A DNA stretch of 64,000 bases from Octopus sinensis (lineage: Eukaryota), in the NCBI RefSeq assembly GCF_006345805.1, contig NC_043012.1, positions 38,502,001 through 38,566,000 of the forward strand, read 5' to 3'. Positions 13,110-27,573 of the stretch are shown here, in pieces. The first letter of the stretch is position 1; every line of letters begins with the position of its first letter. Under the pieces are notes generated by a model that worked only from the letters and a program-made list of their open reading frames with translations, was not told the origin of the DNA and made no database searches. The position numbers were made by a program, and so were the translations under genes.

Positions 13110-13824
13110 GAAAAAACAAGTCAAAAATAGAAAATGCTAAGATGATGTTATAGTGAATCTTTCAGTACCGTTTCGGTCATTTTGAGACCTTTCAACTGTA
13201 ACGATTAAATAATTAATTTAGAAAAATTTAGAAAAATTAGAAGAAAGGTTTTTTTTAAGAATACTTCCATAGTAGTGTTCAGATATATGTGGCATTCTGC
13301 CTTTCTCTGATCCCTTGTTTGCACTTGTGTATTCGAGGTCGTTGTGAGTTCTTGAGGGGGTGGGAGGGGAAAATCTGGGCTGGTCAGTGGCGACCGGCAG
13401 TTGCTGCGTAGGCGTTATACTTAAAGACTTAGTGACAAGGTTAAGGGGTAAAGGTGGAGAAGTAGAAGAAGAAGAAGAAAGAAGAGAAGATGACGGTGCC
13501 GATGATGATGACGATGAAGAAAAAGGAGAAAGGAGAGAAATGACGATGATGATGGGTGGTGATGACGATGACGACGATGATGATGATGAATGATGATGAT
13601 GAAGAAAGAAGAAAGAAGAAGAAAAAAAACAGAGAAGGAGAATATGAATGGGTGAAGATATAGCTGTGATGGGGCGATTCGTAATGGATTCTATGGAATG
13701 TAATATTTGTGTGGTGTATATATTTTCTTTTATTCTTAAGTTGAGGTATATTAATTGTTTGTCGTAGACCCGTTAAGAAGTGGCCTGTATTTATAATAAA
13801 GAGATTTTCTTTACTTATTCGTTG
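13110..13824 (-). mobile_element. Penelope-like element 3' region: GIY-YIG C-terminal remnant, 3' UTR and pLTR with hammerhead variant
   Basis: 13772-13824 (minus) reads QRISKENLFI / KYRPLLN (one frameshift), like the RxxKExxFIxxxxPxLN end of PLE GIY-YIG domains. 13110-13350 is homologous to 25001-25230 and 51220-51435. HHR-like cag-TTGAAA-ggtc..gacc-GAAA-cgg-TA-ctg at 13163-13198. Confidence 0.65.
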
Positions 13825-13924
13825 NNNNNNNNNNNNNNNNNNNNNNNNNNNNNNNNNNNNNNNNNNNNNNNNNNNNNNNNNNNNNNNNNNNNNNNNNNNN
13901 NNNNNNNNNNNNNNNNNNNNNNNN
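13825..13924. other. Assembly gap (100 N)
   Basis: Run of N. Confidence 1.
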
Positions 13925-14296
13925 AAGTGCGTGTATATAAAACGTCTGTGTATATAGGTGAGAGGCGTGCATATCTATCGTGAATGCGTTTGTATAAATA
14001 CGCAGATAAGCGGGATTGAATAACATTTATATTTACATATGCATGTGTGGGTGTGTAGGTGTGTATTGTGTGTATATACACATATATTTAAGGAGAGAGG
14101 GTAAGTATGATAGAGAGAGAAAGAGAGAAGGGAAGGCTTTCATGTCCCTGGTGGATGGGTATGTATGTGTATATATCCATTCCCTCACACACATGAGCGT
14201 GTATCTGTGATATGGTTTCCTGATATCAGTGTATGTATCTGTCAAATCTAAGCATTCCGAATCTTTCTCTTTCTGGCTCGTTATCTATCTATCTAT

Positions 14297-14330
<34 letters not shown>

Positions 14331-15027
14331 GAATATATATGAATATATATGAATATGTATATCTATGTACCATCTTATATGTGTGTGCATGCGAGTATAT
14401 TATGTGTTTCAGTGAATTTGGCTGTATGCATCATTTATTTAAACGTATGTCTTCTGCCATTGCCGCTGCTGATGCTAGCAGGAAAGTTAGCGTGCCATGA
14501 CAACTAAGAGTAGCAGAGGTGAATCTAAAATAGAAAATTCTTCATTATGTCTCATCAGCGAGAAAATTGATAATTAGCAAGATTAATCTTTGTCTAATTT
14601 TAAATTGAATGGCAAATCTTAAATGGGATCTAATGTAACAATGGCTGCTTGGTTTTCTTCCACAAATCATACAATTGTGTATGTAGGTAGGTAGGCAGGT
14701 AGGTAGGTATATATACGGACGTGTAAAAGTGTGTATTTTTGTACTGGCGCTTGATTATGTCTCTATGTATGTATGTAAGTATGTATGTATGTATGTATGC
14801 ATATATATATATATATATAATAATGTGAAATAGAAAGATGAAAATCTTGTTGTAGATAATCAAAAGTTAACCGATACCTTAGTAGCAAAATCACTGCAGT
14901 AAACAGCATGGTTGGAGGTACAACATCTGGCGTTGCAACCGTGCGTTGGTGCGGATAATGAAATTAAAACATTATTGGTGAATGAGAAGAAATGGAGCTG
15001 AACGCAGATTGAACAGAAATCGTTTTA

Positions 15028-15114
15028 TTCATTCTACACGTGTTTCGAAAGGCACAAATTACCAAAATCCGATTGAATAATGGCGACCTATTGTGTCTTT
15101 CTCTTCAGGAAGAA
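15028..15114 (-). ncRNA. Type I hammerhead ribozyme motif with palindromic helix III
   Basis: ttcttc-CTGAAGA-gaaagacacaa..ttgtgcctttc-GAAA-cacgtg-TA-gaatgaa, overlapping a downstream AATAAA. Helix II pairs 10/11; lies within a ~240-bp unit (14977-15217) abutting (TA)n. Confidence 0.85.
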
Positions 15115-15215
15115 AAAAGGAAACGTTAGAGAAACAAAAACAGGAACAGAGGCGGAGCAAAAAAACCAAATCGGAACTATGCTCCTAAGAGCCCATGGCG
15201 AAACTCTTCAATTCA

Positions 15216-15248
<33 letters not shown>

Positions 15249-15254
15249 TATATA

Positions 15255-15294
<40 letters not shown>

Positions 15295-17268
15295 TATATG
15301 TGTGGTGTGTGTGTATATATATATATATAAGTACTATATATATATCTATATAATATATATATATATATATATGTATACACACATATATAATATATATATG
15401 TTTATATGTATATATATAAGTATTTATAGATACATACGTGTGTGTATACATTCAGACATTCATAGATGCATTCAGAACATTCCGTGATTTATAGGAATTC
15501 TCACATATATTTACATACGTATGCGCGTGTATGTGTGTGTGTATGCACGCGCATATACTTATATGTCTACGAATGCATATGTATGCTTATGATGTAGTGG
15601 ATATATGTGTATGTAATATACGTATACGATTTTATTATTTAAAGGCGGGGCGATAGCTTGGCTGTGGAAAAGATCGAATTTTACGTTGCTTTATAACAAC
15701 TACGATAGGGAATATCAGCGAAACTATCACTCCATAATTCCCCTCAGTTGTACAGGTTCTGTAAAAGGGTCATATTTACCGATTATGGAAACATCTGGAC
15801 ACGCGGAGCCAGGGAAACCAGCAAGGCGATGGACGACGCATACACTAAAATATAGCTTCTAGAACGACCGAAAGCTACTCCTTCGCCGTGATTTCATAGA
15901 TTGTGAAAACTTTTTTCCGATCATGCCGAAGTGGGTGAATTACTTGTATCTCTGGATATGCCAGGAGTCGAGGCACAGAGTATGGTGCATTGGATCAGGT
16001 GGATTTGGTCGCGGATGAATCAACTCAGGATGCAACGTGTCTGCGCATATCTTTCCAAGTAATATCACTTAGTTTAAAGGTAGTAGAAGATGGTGCTCCA
16101 CAAACCCTCGAGCATGAAAAAGTGTTAAGTTTCTAGGAACACCTCTAGACGATAGTTGAGCGTGAATGGCTTCTGGTCTGAAGGTACGACCTTCGCTGCT
16201 GGAAAAGTCCTGCACCGTCAGTGTTTGAATTCACGAAGGTTGTTCTATACACTGAATCTATTTCTCGATCTTTATCGATCTAGAAATGTGCACATCTCAC
16301 AGCCATCTTTATTGGGCGTGAAAGTTCATGCTTCGAAATTCATGTCTCACTCATGCGTACCACATCTATACCCAGTGAACCATGAATATTTTTGTTACTA
16401 TTGCTTTGTAGTTCGTCATTTCTATTCTTGTTCGTGTTTTGTGTTGGTTATTGGTGCGTGAGTTTCTATGGGAACTCTGTTGGACCAGGTAGTTTGTTAA
16501 TGCCTCAGGTTCCAGATGAATCAGGATTTTCAAGCCCATCCAACTTCATTTTTATGTTTCTAAGTTAGGGACAGGGGTATTTCAATGCATTACAGTTCAA
16601 TACTCATCAGAAGTCTTATTCTGGTGCAATGTTGGCAATTTCTATGCTGATCACTACCTTTCCCAGGTAAATAACGGTAAATTGTTGACGGCGGAGAACA
16701 TCTGAGCCAGAGTTCCCGAGTAAAAAGCTAAACCTATACAACCGTGCAACCGAAGAGGGTGCTACATTTTACGATGCCGCCCATCCCATCTTACTCCAGT
16801 TTATGGCCCTTTAACAATATAATCTGTATACTGGTGCTTTTCTTTCTGTGTTTGGCTTGGGAGCTGTTGCGCTATTGTGAATATAACTTTTCCTTCTATT
16901 CTCTTGATGTGCTGACCTGTCTGTCGCACGTTTTGGTCTTGTTCACGACTGACACTATGATGTATGAGAAGTCGGTGACTTCAAACCGCAATTTCTCAAA
17001 CAAAATTTCTCTGCACCACATTTTCCACTCTCTACCCAGCTTGGTAAGGGCGACAATGGGAAAACAAGTTTGCGTGTTGGACGCTGATATCAGAAACAGA
17101 AAATTCTTTCTCTCGGAGTTTCACTTCGTAGAGTAGGCTACAAAAGGAAAGACCTTTTCTAATAGTCCTGGCCGATTTAGTAACTAGATAAAGCAAACTA
17201 ATAGAACACTATGGAAAGGAAAACACATCACAGAGACGGGGCTTCCACAACTACCTCCGTTGCAGCTG

Positions 17269-17328
<60 letters not shown>

Positions 17329-17540
17329 TTAATAATAATAATAAAGACAAATTCCAATAGCAATGCATATAACTACAAAACTAACTGTTTCTAATTTTTA
17401 GAACAAGGCCAGCGACTTTGGGGAAAGGGACACGTCGATTACATTGACCGAAATAATTTATGGATACTTTATTTTGTCGATCTCTGCGGAGTGAAAGGCA
17501 AAGTTAATCTCCGCAATATTTGAACTCCGAACGTAATGAG

Positions 17541-17691
17541 CTGGGCTGTAGCTAGGGTAAATGGCGCCCCCTCGACAACCAAAAATTTTTTTAATAGCTT
17601 AATTAGAAAATGATATTGGCCAAAATTGCACCCCTATCAAAGTGACGCTCAAGGCATGTGCCCTGCTTGCTCCACATTAACTATGCCCCTG
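17541..17691. mobile_element. hAT-type MITE inserted into a minus-strand SINE B (17385-17740)
   Basis: 8-bp TSD gtaatgag (17533-17540, 17692-17699); imperfect TIRs ctgggctgtagcta / taactatgcccctg. Confidence 0.75.
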
Positions 17692-17769
17692 GTAATGAGG
17701 CAACACAAATACGCTAGGCATTTTGTCGGATAATTTGAAAATTTCCCACTCTAATGGTCATAATATTTC

Positions 17770-17985
17770 TTTCTGCTATATTCACAAGGTCTGAAAATTT
17801 GGGAGGCAGGGGTCTTCTCGAATATATCTGCTCCAGAGCTGAAATGATGCTTATTTTATCGAGTCTGATTGGTTGAAAGGCAAAGTCTACCTCTCCAAAG
17901 TTTGAACACAGAACGTAAAATGCTGGGAGAAATGCCGCTTAGCATTTTGTCCGATATTCTAACGATTCTGCCTGCTTGCCTCCTT
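17770..17985 (-). mobile_element. SINE family B copy
   Basis: Reverse complement of aaggaggcaagcaggcagaatcgttag..aaatgctaagcggcatttc.. head and core. Confidence 0.75.
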
Positions 17986-18008
17986 AATAATAAATAAATA
18001 GATAAATA

Positions 18009-18056
<48 letters not shown>

Positions 18057-18974
18057 CACCAATAAGCCATCCTTAATGTAAACCTTGACACAAAAAGAAG
18101 ACTACAAAAGAAGAAATAAAACTGCATAATTTATAAATAAATACATAAAATGAGCAAGAAATTTGTTAATCTGAAAATTTCCTATCAGCTTCTCTGTTTA
18201 CGCGCTTTCTTCTTTCTCGCTCTTTTTACCTCTTTTTCTTTCTCTTTCACCCTCTCTCTCTCCCCCCTCCCTCTCTCTCTCTATATATATATACATACAT
18301 ATCTTTGTCTTTCTCGTTCGCCTCCTCTCTATCTGTTCCACTTTCACTTTCACTTTCTCTCTATCCCTGTCTATCTCAACCCCTCCCCGCATCCAGTCTC
18401 GATTTTCCATATGCAATTTTCATTTGTGTTTCTTTAGTATTCTTGAAATAGCGTTGTTCAAACTATTTAATTAAAAGGGAGTCGAATGTTAAAACTCCAT
18501 ACATTCCATTTTGTTGTCTGAGTTAATTTTAAAACTAATCAGTATTCTCCTTAATATCGTATTCCATTGTTTTCTAATTATATTTTTCTTGCAAATACTT
18601 TTTTTACGTAATTATTATTATTTCTATTTTTTTAGAACATTTGATACGTTTTATTACTTTTTTCCCCTATTTTTCTGCTTTACATTATCTTTTCCACTAA
18701 CTTCATTCGTTTATTTTTGATATTTTATCATTTTTTTTCCTCTAATGCAATTCTTTACTTTCTCTGCTGCGTGTCGCTACTTCCTCTATGATCAATGAGA
18801 TTTCGTAATACATAAGCTTTAGGCAATAAGCACCAAGTCTATAAAGGGTAAAATCCCTCGTGAAAAACAAGAAACAAGCAAATGAAAGCTAGAATTTCCT
18901 GAATAATCAAATAGTTATTATAAAGTAGAGATTTTTTCTTCTCACTTTTATGGCGACAAAAGGGCAGCGTCTTT

Positions 18975-19382
18975 TTAGCTTTTACGTGTTACAGTCATTT
19001 GAGTGCGGCCACGCTGGAATACCGCTTTGAAGATTTTTAGTCGAATGAATCGACCCCAGGACTAACAATTTTAATCCCGGTATTTATTCTATCGGTCGCT
19101 TCGATAAGTTACGAGTACGTAAACAAACCAACTGCGGTCGTCAAACAGTGGTGGGAGACAAATACACACACACACATACACTCACGCATGTACATACACA
19201 CACATGCATACATGGATGACAGGCTTCTTTCAATTTCCGTCTACCAAATCCACTCACAAGCCTTTGGTTGGATCGGGGCTATACGTGGAGACACTTGCTC
19301 AGAGTGCCACGCAGTGGGACTGAACCCGGAACCACATGGTTGATAAGCAAGCTACTTGCCACAAAGTCATATCTGCGCCTGC
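18975..19382 (-). mobile_element. SINE family A, complete
   Basis: Reverse-complement match to 1938-2520, with an internal CA-type microsatellite. Confidence 0.85.
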
Positions 19383-20249
19383 GATCCTTTTATAGAATCA
19401 CTGAAACTAAAAGAAAAGCATTGTCTCCTCGGATCCGTAAGGCTACTTCCATTGTTTTTCTGGTGTATAAAGTGACCAAAGTCCCTATTTTCTTCCAGAG
19501 CAGAATTTCAGGCCATCGAGGCGTTACTCATTTGCAGATGACTGAACTGGAGCTTTGTCCCAGAATAGTATTCACCACTCGGCCCGGGAATCGAAACACG
19601 ATCATGCGTTTCGTTAAGTGCTATACGCTAACCACTAAACTGTGCGATTTCACCCTAAGACTGATAACGAAAGAATCGTATTTAAACAGAGACGTGTCTG
19701 GAACAGATGCAGCAGAGCTGACTTCGATAAAACCATAAAGGACAAGTATAGGATGTCAAACAGGGCAGTGACTTAAGAGTTCGTGCTGAGGTTTGTGAGA
19801 TGGGCGAGTGCATTAAGTATTGGATTACAGATAAATGTCAGTATACTACTGCCTGTTCGTTAAATAGTGTGAATCCAATTCCAGTGTAATGGCTCTCATA
19901 TGGCTAGTTTTCATCCGGTATGGTCGAGGCTATAGTAGAAAACACTTGTCCAAGGTGCCACGCAGTGGGACTGAACCCAAATCATGTGGCTGGTAAGCAA
20001 GCTACTTACCACACAGCCTTGCTCTGAATATGGAGAGATGAAGCTTAGCTGGCCAGATATTGTTGTCAGCATCAACTACGAAACGAAGAACATTCTAATA
20101 GATGTATTAGCCTTATAAAGCAATAATCTGTCGCTACCAGAAATTGAGAAATCCAAATTATAAAAATCTCGTAACAGACAACCAGACACAAAAGCATTCG
20201 AAAGTAATCAAATCTCTAAGTTACATTTGTGGACGACTTAAAAGAAAAG

Positions 20250-20398
20250 CGCATGTGTAATTGTGTGGTTAAGAAACTATGCGTTCCTGGGTTCAGTCTC
20301 ACCGTATGGCTCTGCAGAAATGACTTCTAATAATACCCCTGTCCTTCTAAAGTCATGTGAGTGAATTTGGTAGACTGAAACTGAAAGAACCCATCGTA

Positions 20399-20437
<39 letters not shown>

Positions 20438-20444
20438 TGTGTGT

Positions 20445-20515
<71 letters not shown>

Positions 20516-20720
20516 CTGTGATTCTTGCCCAACGCCGCTTGACAATGGGTTTCAGTTTGATTTCCTTCCTGTAAATTAACGGTTTTCAGAGACCAATAGA
20601 ATATGTACCAAATTAAAAAAAAAGATATGTACTGGAATCGATTTGTTCAAATAAACACTGAAAGGTATAAATCGAACATGACCGCAGTCCAATCTCTGAA
20701 ACTAGTAAAAGAGAAAGTGA
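20250..20720 (+). mobile_element. SINE family A, diverged, internal (GT)n
   Basis: Head 20250-20398, (GT)n 20401-20512, tail ..catgaccgcagtccaatctctgaaac. Confidence 0.75.
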
Positions 20721-20879
20721 AAAAACAAAAAGAGGTGAGATATAAAAGTAATAATTAAAATAAAATATAAACATGCAACTAAAACAACAAAAAAAACGCT
20801 TGCAGTCTCGGGTCAGAGCTCCGCTCGGTTGTGCCTCGAATGCACATAGAAATAACGATAGTGAAAAATGACAATGCCA

Positions 20880-22100
20880 CAATAAATATATTATTAAAGG
20901 AACTCTTTAGTAGGTCACATTATGTTAGATTCTTTAGTAGGTCACATTCGTTTACGACCAGAAAACTACGGTTATTGTTATGGATCGCCATCTGCCTTGG
21001 CAAGATTCGGTAGTATAAAGGTGGACAGTGTAACGGTGGCGATATCGATCCAAAGAAGATAACGAAAGTAAATAAATTTAAATGTTACCCGACGATACTT
21101 CAAAGTCGTTATAAAGGTAATCAATGGATCGATACGGAAACAATAATGCCCAGATATAAAATGCACCGAACTGAGAATAGCTGATCATTGGTTGGCGTAG
21201 TTAGAAATGGAGGCTATAAATAGTGAGTTGTGGAAGTTAGTTTGTAATGCTGTCAATAGGGGAACAGATGCACCTGATGCTAATGGTAGCGATAATATTA
21301 GTATAAACGCTAGCGCTAGTATTATTGCCGATCAGCTTAACAATAGCAAAGCGTTGTAGAATTTTCAAGAAACGCATAACATTTGCTGAGAAGAATAATT
21401 TAAATTGCAGAATAGTAGGAATTAGCATTGGGTCGTACGAGTAAATTTAAGCGGGGATAATTCAGGTGCATCAAAGGTGTGAATTTTCATGTAAAAGAAG
21501 AAATTCAATTATGTACTGTACGATGTAAGTAAAAATGTTTTAATTTATTGAAATCTACGGTTTATTTGGAGAAGGCATTCCAAAACGCAGCACCAGTGGT
21601 TAGCAAGTCTGTAAAGGGATAATTTCAAGATTTTAAGATTTGATTTGGAAAATTAGGTTCATGTTTCCTGGTAAGGGGTGGGGAGTTACAGATAAGCCTT
21701 GGTTTCATGAAAGCTTCTGTAGATTCAATCGAAAAGTTAAGACATTTGAGGTTTTATGTCATCGATGAGCAATAGATTAGAAAGGTGTCATTTAAGGGTG
21801 TATATGATGTCTTTTAGAGATACCGAAAAATTGTTCGTTAGCGTAGAATATAGACTGCGAAGGATTGTAATGTTTGGCTATGAAGGGAATTGTTTCCGAT
21901 GGTGAGGTAAATATGTGGATATGGCCAAGGATGAAAGAACTCCTAAATAGGACTTCACATAAATTATGGTTGAAGGAAGAATAGTACCGCTGTCGGATTA
22001 AAAGGAGAGGAATATAAGAAAGATGGAGCAAAAATATGTTGGGTGGAAGAAGGAACAGTGAAGAAAAATAGAAAATGGGTTTAAGGTAGGTCGATATAAT
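20880..22100 (-). pseudogene. Highly decayed CR1/Jockey-group LINE ORF2 C-terminal region
   Basis: Minus-strand fragments LKILQRFAIVKLIG and PLITFITTLKYRRVTFKFIYFRY resemble post-RT CR1 motifs (L..IQRRA.RLIG; L.SL.HRR....L..FYRY). Boundaries are approximate. Confidence 0.5.
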
Positions 22101-23049
22101 AAAGAAGGTGAAAATGCGGTCAGATGTTGCGATTGTTGCGTTGCTACTTTTGACCGAGTTTGTATTTGACCAAGAGCGCTGCAGTCGTCATCTCACCGTC
22201 TCTTAACATTTCTGCTACTATACTTTCTATTGTCTCCATGTACATTTTTTAAGAAGATAGATGTGGGATTTTAAAGATTATTGGGCTGTTGTTTTTACGA
22301 AGGCGAGCATAGTTTATCACTAAATATGCTACATTCAGATATATATTGGATTGTCACGTTTGGAGGGCCTTTGATCATGTTTCATTGGACCAGACTAGCT
22401 TTAAGCAAAACAACGGCATTGAAGAATACATTATATAATGTTGTCTGTATAAAACTCTGTGAATAATAGGCGGGATGGTCACGGATGGAATGTGATTCAT
22501 TATAGGATTGGAAGAACGGAAAGATCAGACACAACAGGTGAATATTATTAGGTGACCAATTCTAAATAAAAGGTAATAGAGCGTAATAATAGTTTTTAGT
22601 ACATATTTATGGCTGTAACATTTGAACTAAAAAGTCGTTGATATATTTGTATCAGCCAGAATTATTGATAGCAGGAATTGGCAAGAAACACATCACAAAG
22701 AAATGTGTAATCATTAATAACTGTAGAGAATGTGAGATGCCAAGATTGAACCAATCCATTTTCGAAGAGCTCAGAATATTTTCAAATACATTATTATATG
22801 TACCACAGTGTCAGAGATATGTAATTCATACAAGTGAGACATTACCAGTATATTACATTAATGACAGGGTGAAGGAAAAGGAGAATAAGTGGCATTTGTA
22901 CAGCTTTTCACCTCCCTCCTTCTCTCTCTCTCTATTTCTCTCCCTTAATATATCTGTCTGTCTGTCTCTCTCTATTTCTATCAATAATACTGACGCCACG
23001 TTGCATATCAGGAATACAAAATTATAACCGCGAAATTGTGAGAAAATAT

Positions 23050-23121
<72 letters not shown>

Positions 23122-23957
23122 TAATGTGTGTACAAATGTGTGCACGCGTGTGCGTTTAGGCGCTTGTGTGCATGTATAATCCATACGCATATTTTAATAT
23201 GTAAACGTCAGGTTTTGACAAACTAAATTTTAAAGAAACAGTCGTATTTGTTGATGTAGGATAGAGTTTGGCACTCGATTAATCCGTTGTCAGACACTGG
23301 AAAACAGAAGTGATCGAATTAATATAGTAGTTGTCGCTGGGAATAATTAAGAAAAAACAAACGTGGGAAAACGCAACGGAAGAGTCCAGATGCCGAACGA
23401 TCTTGTATTGTTCGTTGAAGTCTCGAGATAAATGCAATGAGACATCACTTGAGAAATGTCTTTGAGTTTTCCTCTCATTAGTCTTTCAAAAACCAAAGTT
23501 AAAATGAATGATTGACGCAAAGATAGTCAAAGAATGATCTCATTGTTATCTCTGTGTGTGATTTAACAATTCAAGATCTTGATTCCGTTCACGTTTCCAA
23601 GACGAGAGGAAATCTTTTTTTGTTATATCTTCATGCCAAGGTAATTAAACTCTCCGATGTCAAGAATATTCTCTGTACAAACGGAAGTCGAATTGAAAAG
23701 TGCTTGGACCTTAATATTAAAGCCAGTTAAAATGGTATCACAAAATACTACACATAAAATACAACTGAATGCTTAGCGGTATTTCGTCTGCTCTTACGTT
23801 TTGAATCCATATTCGAAATGTTGGGATCGATGTTTATTCAGGAGGGGAAGCGACTCCCGAGAGGTTTCTAGCCCTTCTTTTCCTTCGGCAGAGAATCTTC
23901 GGGTTACCACTCATGTATGCTCGTTCAATATATATATCCCACCGTCCCTCCACTATT

Positions 23958-24041
<84 letters not shown>

Positions 24042-24077
24042 AGTCTGTCTGTCTGTCTCTGTTTCTATGTCTTTCTG

Positions 24078-24109
<32 letters not shown>

Positions 24110-24159
24110 ATCTATTTATCAATCAATTTACTTATTTATCTAATCTCAATCTTTGTCTG

Positions 24160-24226
<67 letters not shown>

Positions 24227-24855
24227 GACTGCCTGCCAGTCTATCAGTCTGCCAGTCTATCTGGTCTGCCTATCATATTTGAAGAGACTGCATGCACAAG
24301 CTGATCTGTGAAATTATTTATGTGCATGCATGTGTGTGTGTGTATGCACGTATTTCTATCTTGACTTTGTTGTGTGTGCGTATGTGTGTATGTTTGTGTT
24401 TGGGTGGGTGTGTATGCATATATGTCACCTCAAACCTGTCGTTCTAACTGTTATGTACACAGGTAGACAATTACAACTTATCTTACATCATATTACAACG
24501 GCGAGAACACAAGTTTCAATGACGTTTTACAAGTTTAACTACATTCACCTTACTGCTTACATATTCCATTCCTTTTCTTTACACAGTTAACTTTGGCAGT
24601 TGTAAAACATAAGAAAAGCGCCCCATTAACGAGTCAGGGTGAAAATGGTTCCACGTTTTGGCGCCGTTCTATTCTATGCAAGGAACTTAGTAAACAACTG
24701 AATTCTCACTATTGATGCAAAGCTAAACAAACTTCTTGCTGCGATGGAATAATATACATAATATATACGCATGCATTATACAAACATATGTATGTTTTTA
24801 TGTATGTATATATGTATATATGTATGTATCTATCCATCTCTCTCTCTCTCCACCC

Positions 24856-24937
<82 letters not shown>

Positions 24938-24942
24938 ATCTA

Positions 24943-24992
<50 letters not shown>

Positions 24993-25000
24993 ATATATAT

Positions 25001-25230
25001 ACACACAACGACTTCGAACCCACACAAGTAAACAAGAGAGACAGAAACAGGCAGAAACAAGGAAAAGCCCCTTGTATTTGAATACCATGCAAATATTCTT
25101 TTAAAAAACATTTGATGTTGTTTTTTCCCAAACTTCGTTTCCATGCAAAAGTCTCATTGATTAAAACCGGTAATGAAATGTTATTATAAAATTATTGTAA
25201 CAGTTCCCACCTTGACTCTTTTTTCCATAT
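25001..25230 (+). mobile_element. PLE-like terminal repeat (same family as 13110-13350 and 51220-51435), hammerhead decayed
   Basis: Shared gtaaacaagagagacaga..aggcagaaacaaggaaaa..caaatattcttttaaaa and ..aaaccggtaatgaaa; flanked by (TA)n. Confidence 0.7.
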
Positions 25231-25832
25231 ATATATATATACATATATATATACATATATATATATATGGAAGCATAGGTACAATTTAATTGCTTATATA
25301 CTTACAGGGATGCATTTGCCAATACATACATAAATTCACACATACATCCGCATATACATGATTATATGTATGCGTAGCTAATATGCTGCAGTTGTATACA
25401 CATACCTGACATACATAGATACATACACACATACATAGGTACGTACGTACATCATGTCTGTTCAGTTGATGTCTAAATTCCAAGGATCGAATCCCGTTCT
25501 CCTCGTGATGCCCTAGTTCTCTGTACTGGAGAGAAAATTGAGTAAAAAAAAAACTATCCAAACACAAGCGCGCACATACACACAAAATTAGTTTCACACA
25601 CACTCACACACACACACATACATACATATCTACATATATACATACATACACAGACACGCACACGCACACGCGATCACATTTATAACTCGTTAGTTATTAT
25701 TCGATTTAAAAGTTAATTATTATGTCGGCTATGGCGAAGAAGATTAAGTTGTTGATGGCATTCAACGATGACAACAACGCCAATGATTTCAACGGAGATA
25801 GCAGCAACACTGATTACTAATATCAATATCAC

Positions 25833-25860
25833 ATTATTATTATTATTATTATCATCATCA

Positions 25861-25912
<52 letters not shown>

Positions 25913-26118
25913 CATCATTATTATTATTACTATTATTATTATTATCATCATCATTATTATTATTATTATTATTATTATCATCATTATTATTATTACTATT
26001 ATTATTATTATCATCATTATTATTATTACTATTATTATTATTATCATCATCATCATTATTATTATTATTATTATTATTATCATCATTATTATTATTACTA
26101 TTATTATTATTATCATCA

Positions 26119-26152
<34 letters not shown>

Positions 26153-26361
26153 CATCATTATTATTATTACTATTATTATTATTATCATCATTATTATTAT
26201 TACTATTATTATTATTATCATCATCATCATTATTATTATTATTATTATTATTATCATCATTATTATTATTACTATTATTATTATTATCATCATCATCATT
26301 ATTATTATTATTATTATTATTATCATCATTATTATTATTACTATTATTATTATCATCATCA

Positions 26362-26392
<31 letters not shown>

Positions 26393-26532
26393 CATCATTA
26401 TTATTATTACTATTATTATTATTATTGTTGTTGTTGTTGTTATCATCATCATCATCATCATCAGCATCATCATTATTCTCATTATTATTATTATTATTAT
26501 ATCATTATTATTATTATTATTATCATTATTAC

Positions 26533-26568
<36 letters not shown>

Positions 26569-26642
26569 CATCATTATTATTATTACTATTATTATTATTA
26601 TTGTTGTTGTTGTCGTTATCATCATCATCCTCATCAGCATCA

Positions 26643-26703
<61 letters not shown>

Positions 26704-26795
26704 CATTATTATTATTATTATTATCATCATTATTATTATTATTATTATATTATTATCATTATTATTATTATTATTATATTATATTATTATTATCA

Positions 26796-26834
<39 letters not shown>

Positions 26835-26904
26835 TATATCATTATTATTATTATATATCATCATTATTATTATTATATCATCATTATTATTATTATTATT
26901 ATTA

Positions 26905-26935
<31 letters not shown>

Positions 26936-27175
26936 CATTATTATTATTATTGTTATTATCATCATTATTATTATTATTGTTGTTGTTGTTGTTATCATCA
27001 TCATCCTCATCAGCATCATTATTATTATATTATTTTATTATTATTATATTTTATTATTATTATTATCATCATTATTATTATTATTATATTATCATTATTA
27101 TTATTATTACTATTATTATTATTATTGATGTTGTTGTTGTTATCATCATCATCCTCATCAGCATCATCATCATCA

Positions 27176-27218
<43 letters not shown>

Positions 27219-27260
27219 TATTATTATTGGCAGTAGTAGTTGTTGTTGTTATTTTTGTTG
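25833..27260. repeat. ~1.4-kb compound (TTA)n/(TCA)n trinucleotide array
   Basis: Direct reading; produces the 523-aa poly-L/Y/I pseudo-ORF. Confidence 0.97.
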
Positions 27261-27517
27261 TATTATCAATGATGCCGTTGTTGCTGTACCAGTTATTAAA
27301 ATGATAACAATACACATGTTATTCTTTACATTACGGTGATGGTTGTTGTTCTCCCATGATTCCGGTTTCTAACACACATTCAGTCTCTCGCTCTTTCTCT
27401 CTCCTTCTCTCTTTCTCTCTCTCTCTCTTTCTCTGTCTGTCTGTCTGTCTGTCTCTTTCTATCTCTCACACATTTACGCTGATACAGGTACATACAGTCA
27501 CAAACACTCGTACACGC

Positions 27518-27573
<56 letters not shown>

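Noticed and set aside
14545-14562. Minus-strand CTGATGA-gac
   Set aside because: No matching GAAA/UH strands or helices nearby in either strand order.
25768-27339. 523-aa ORF and other long low-complexity ORFs (e.g. 34233-35112, 9711-10325, 43827-44464)
   Set aside because: Translations of microsatellites that lack stops in some frames; no domain content.
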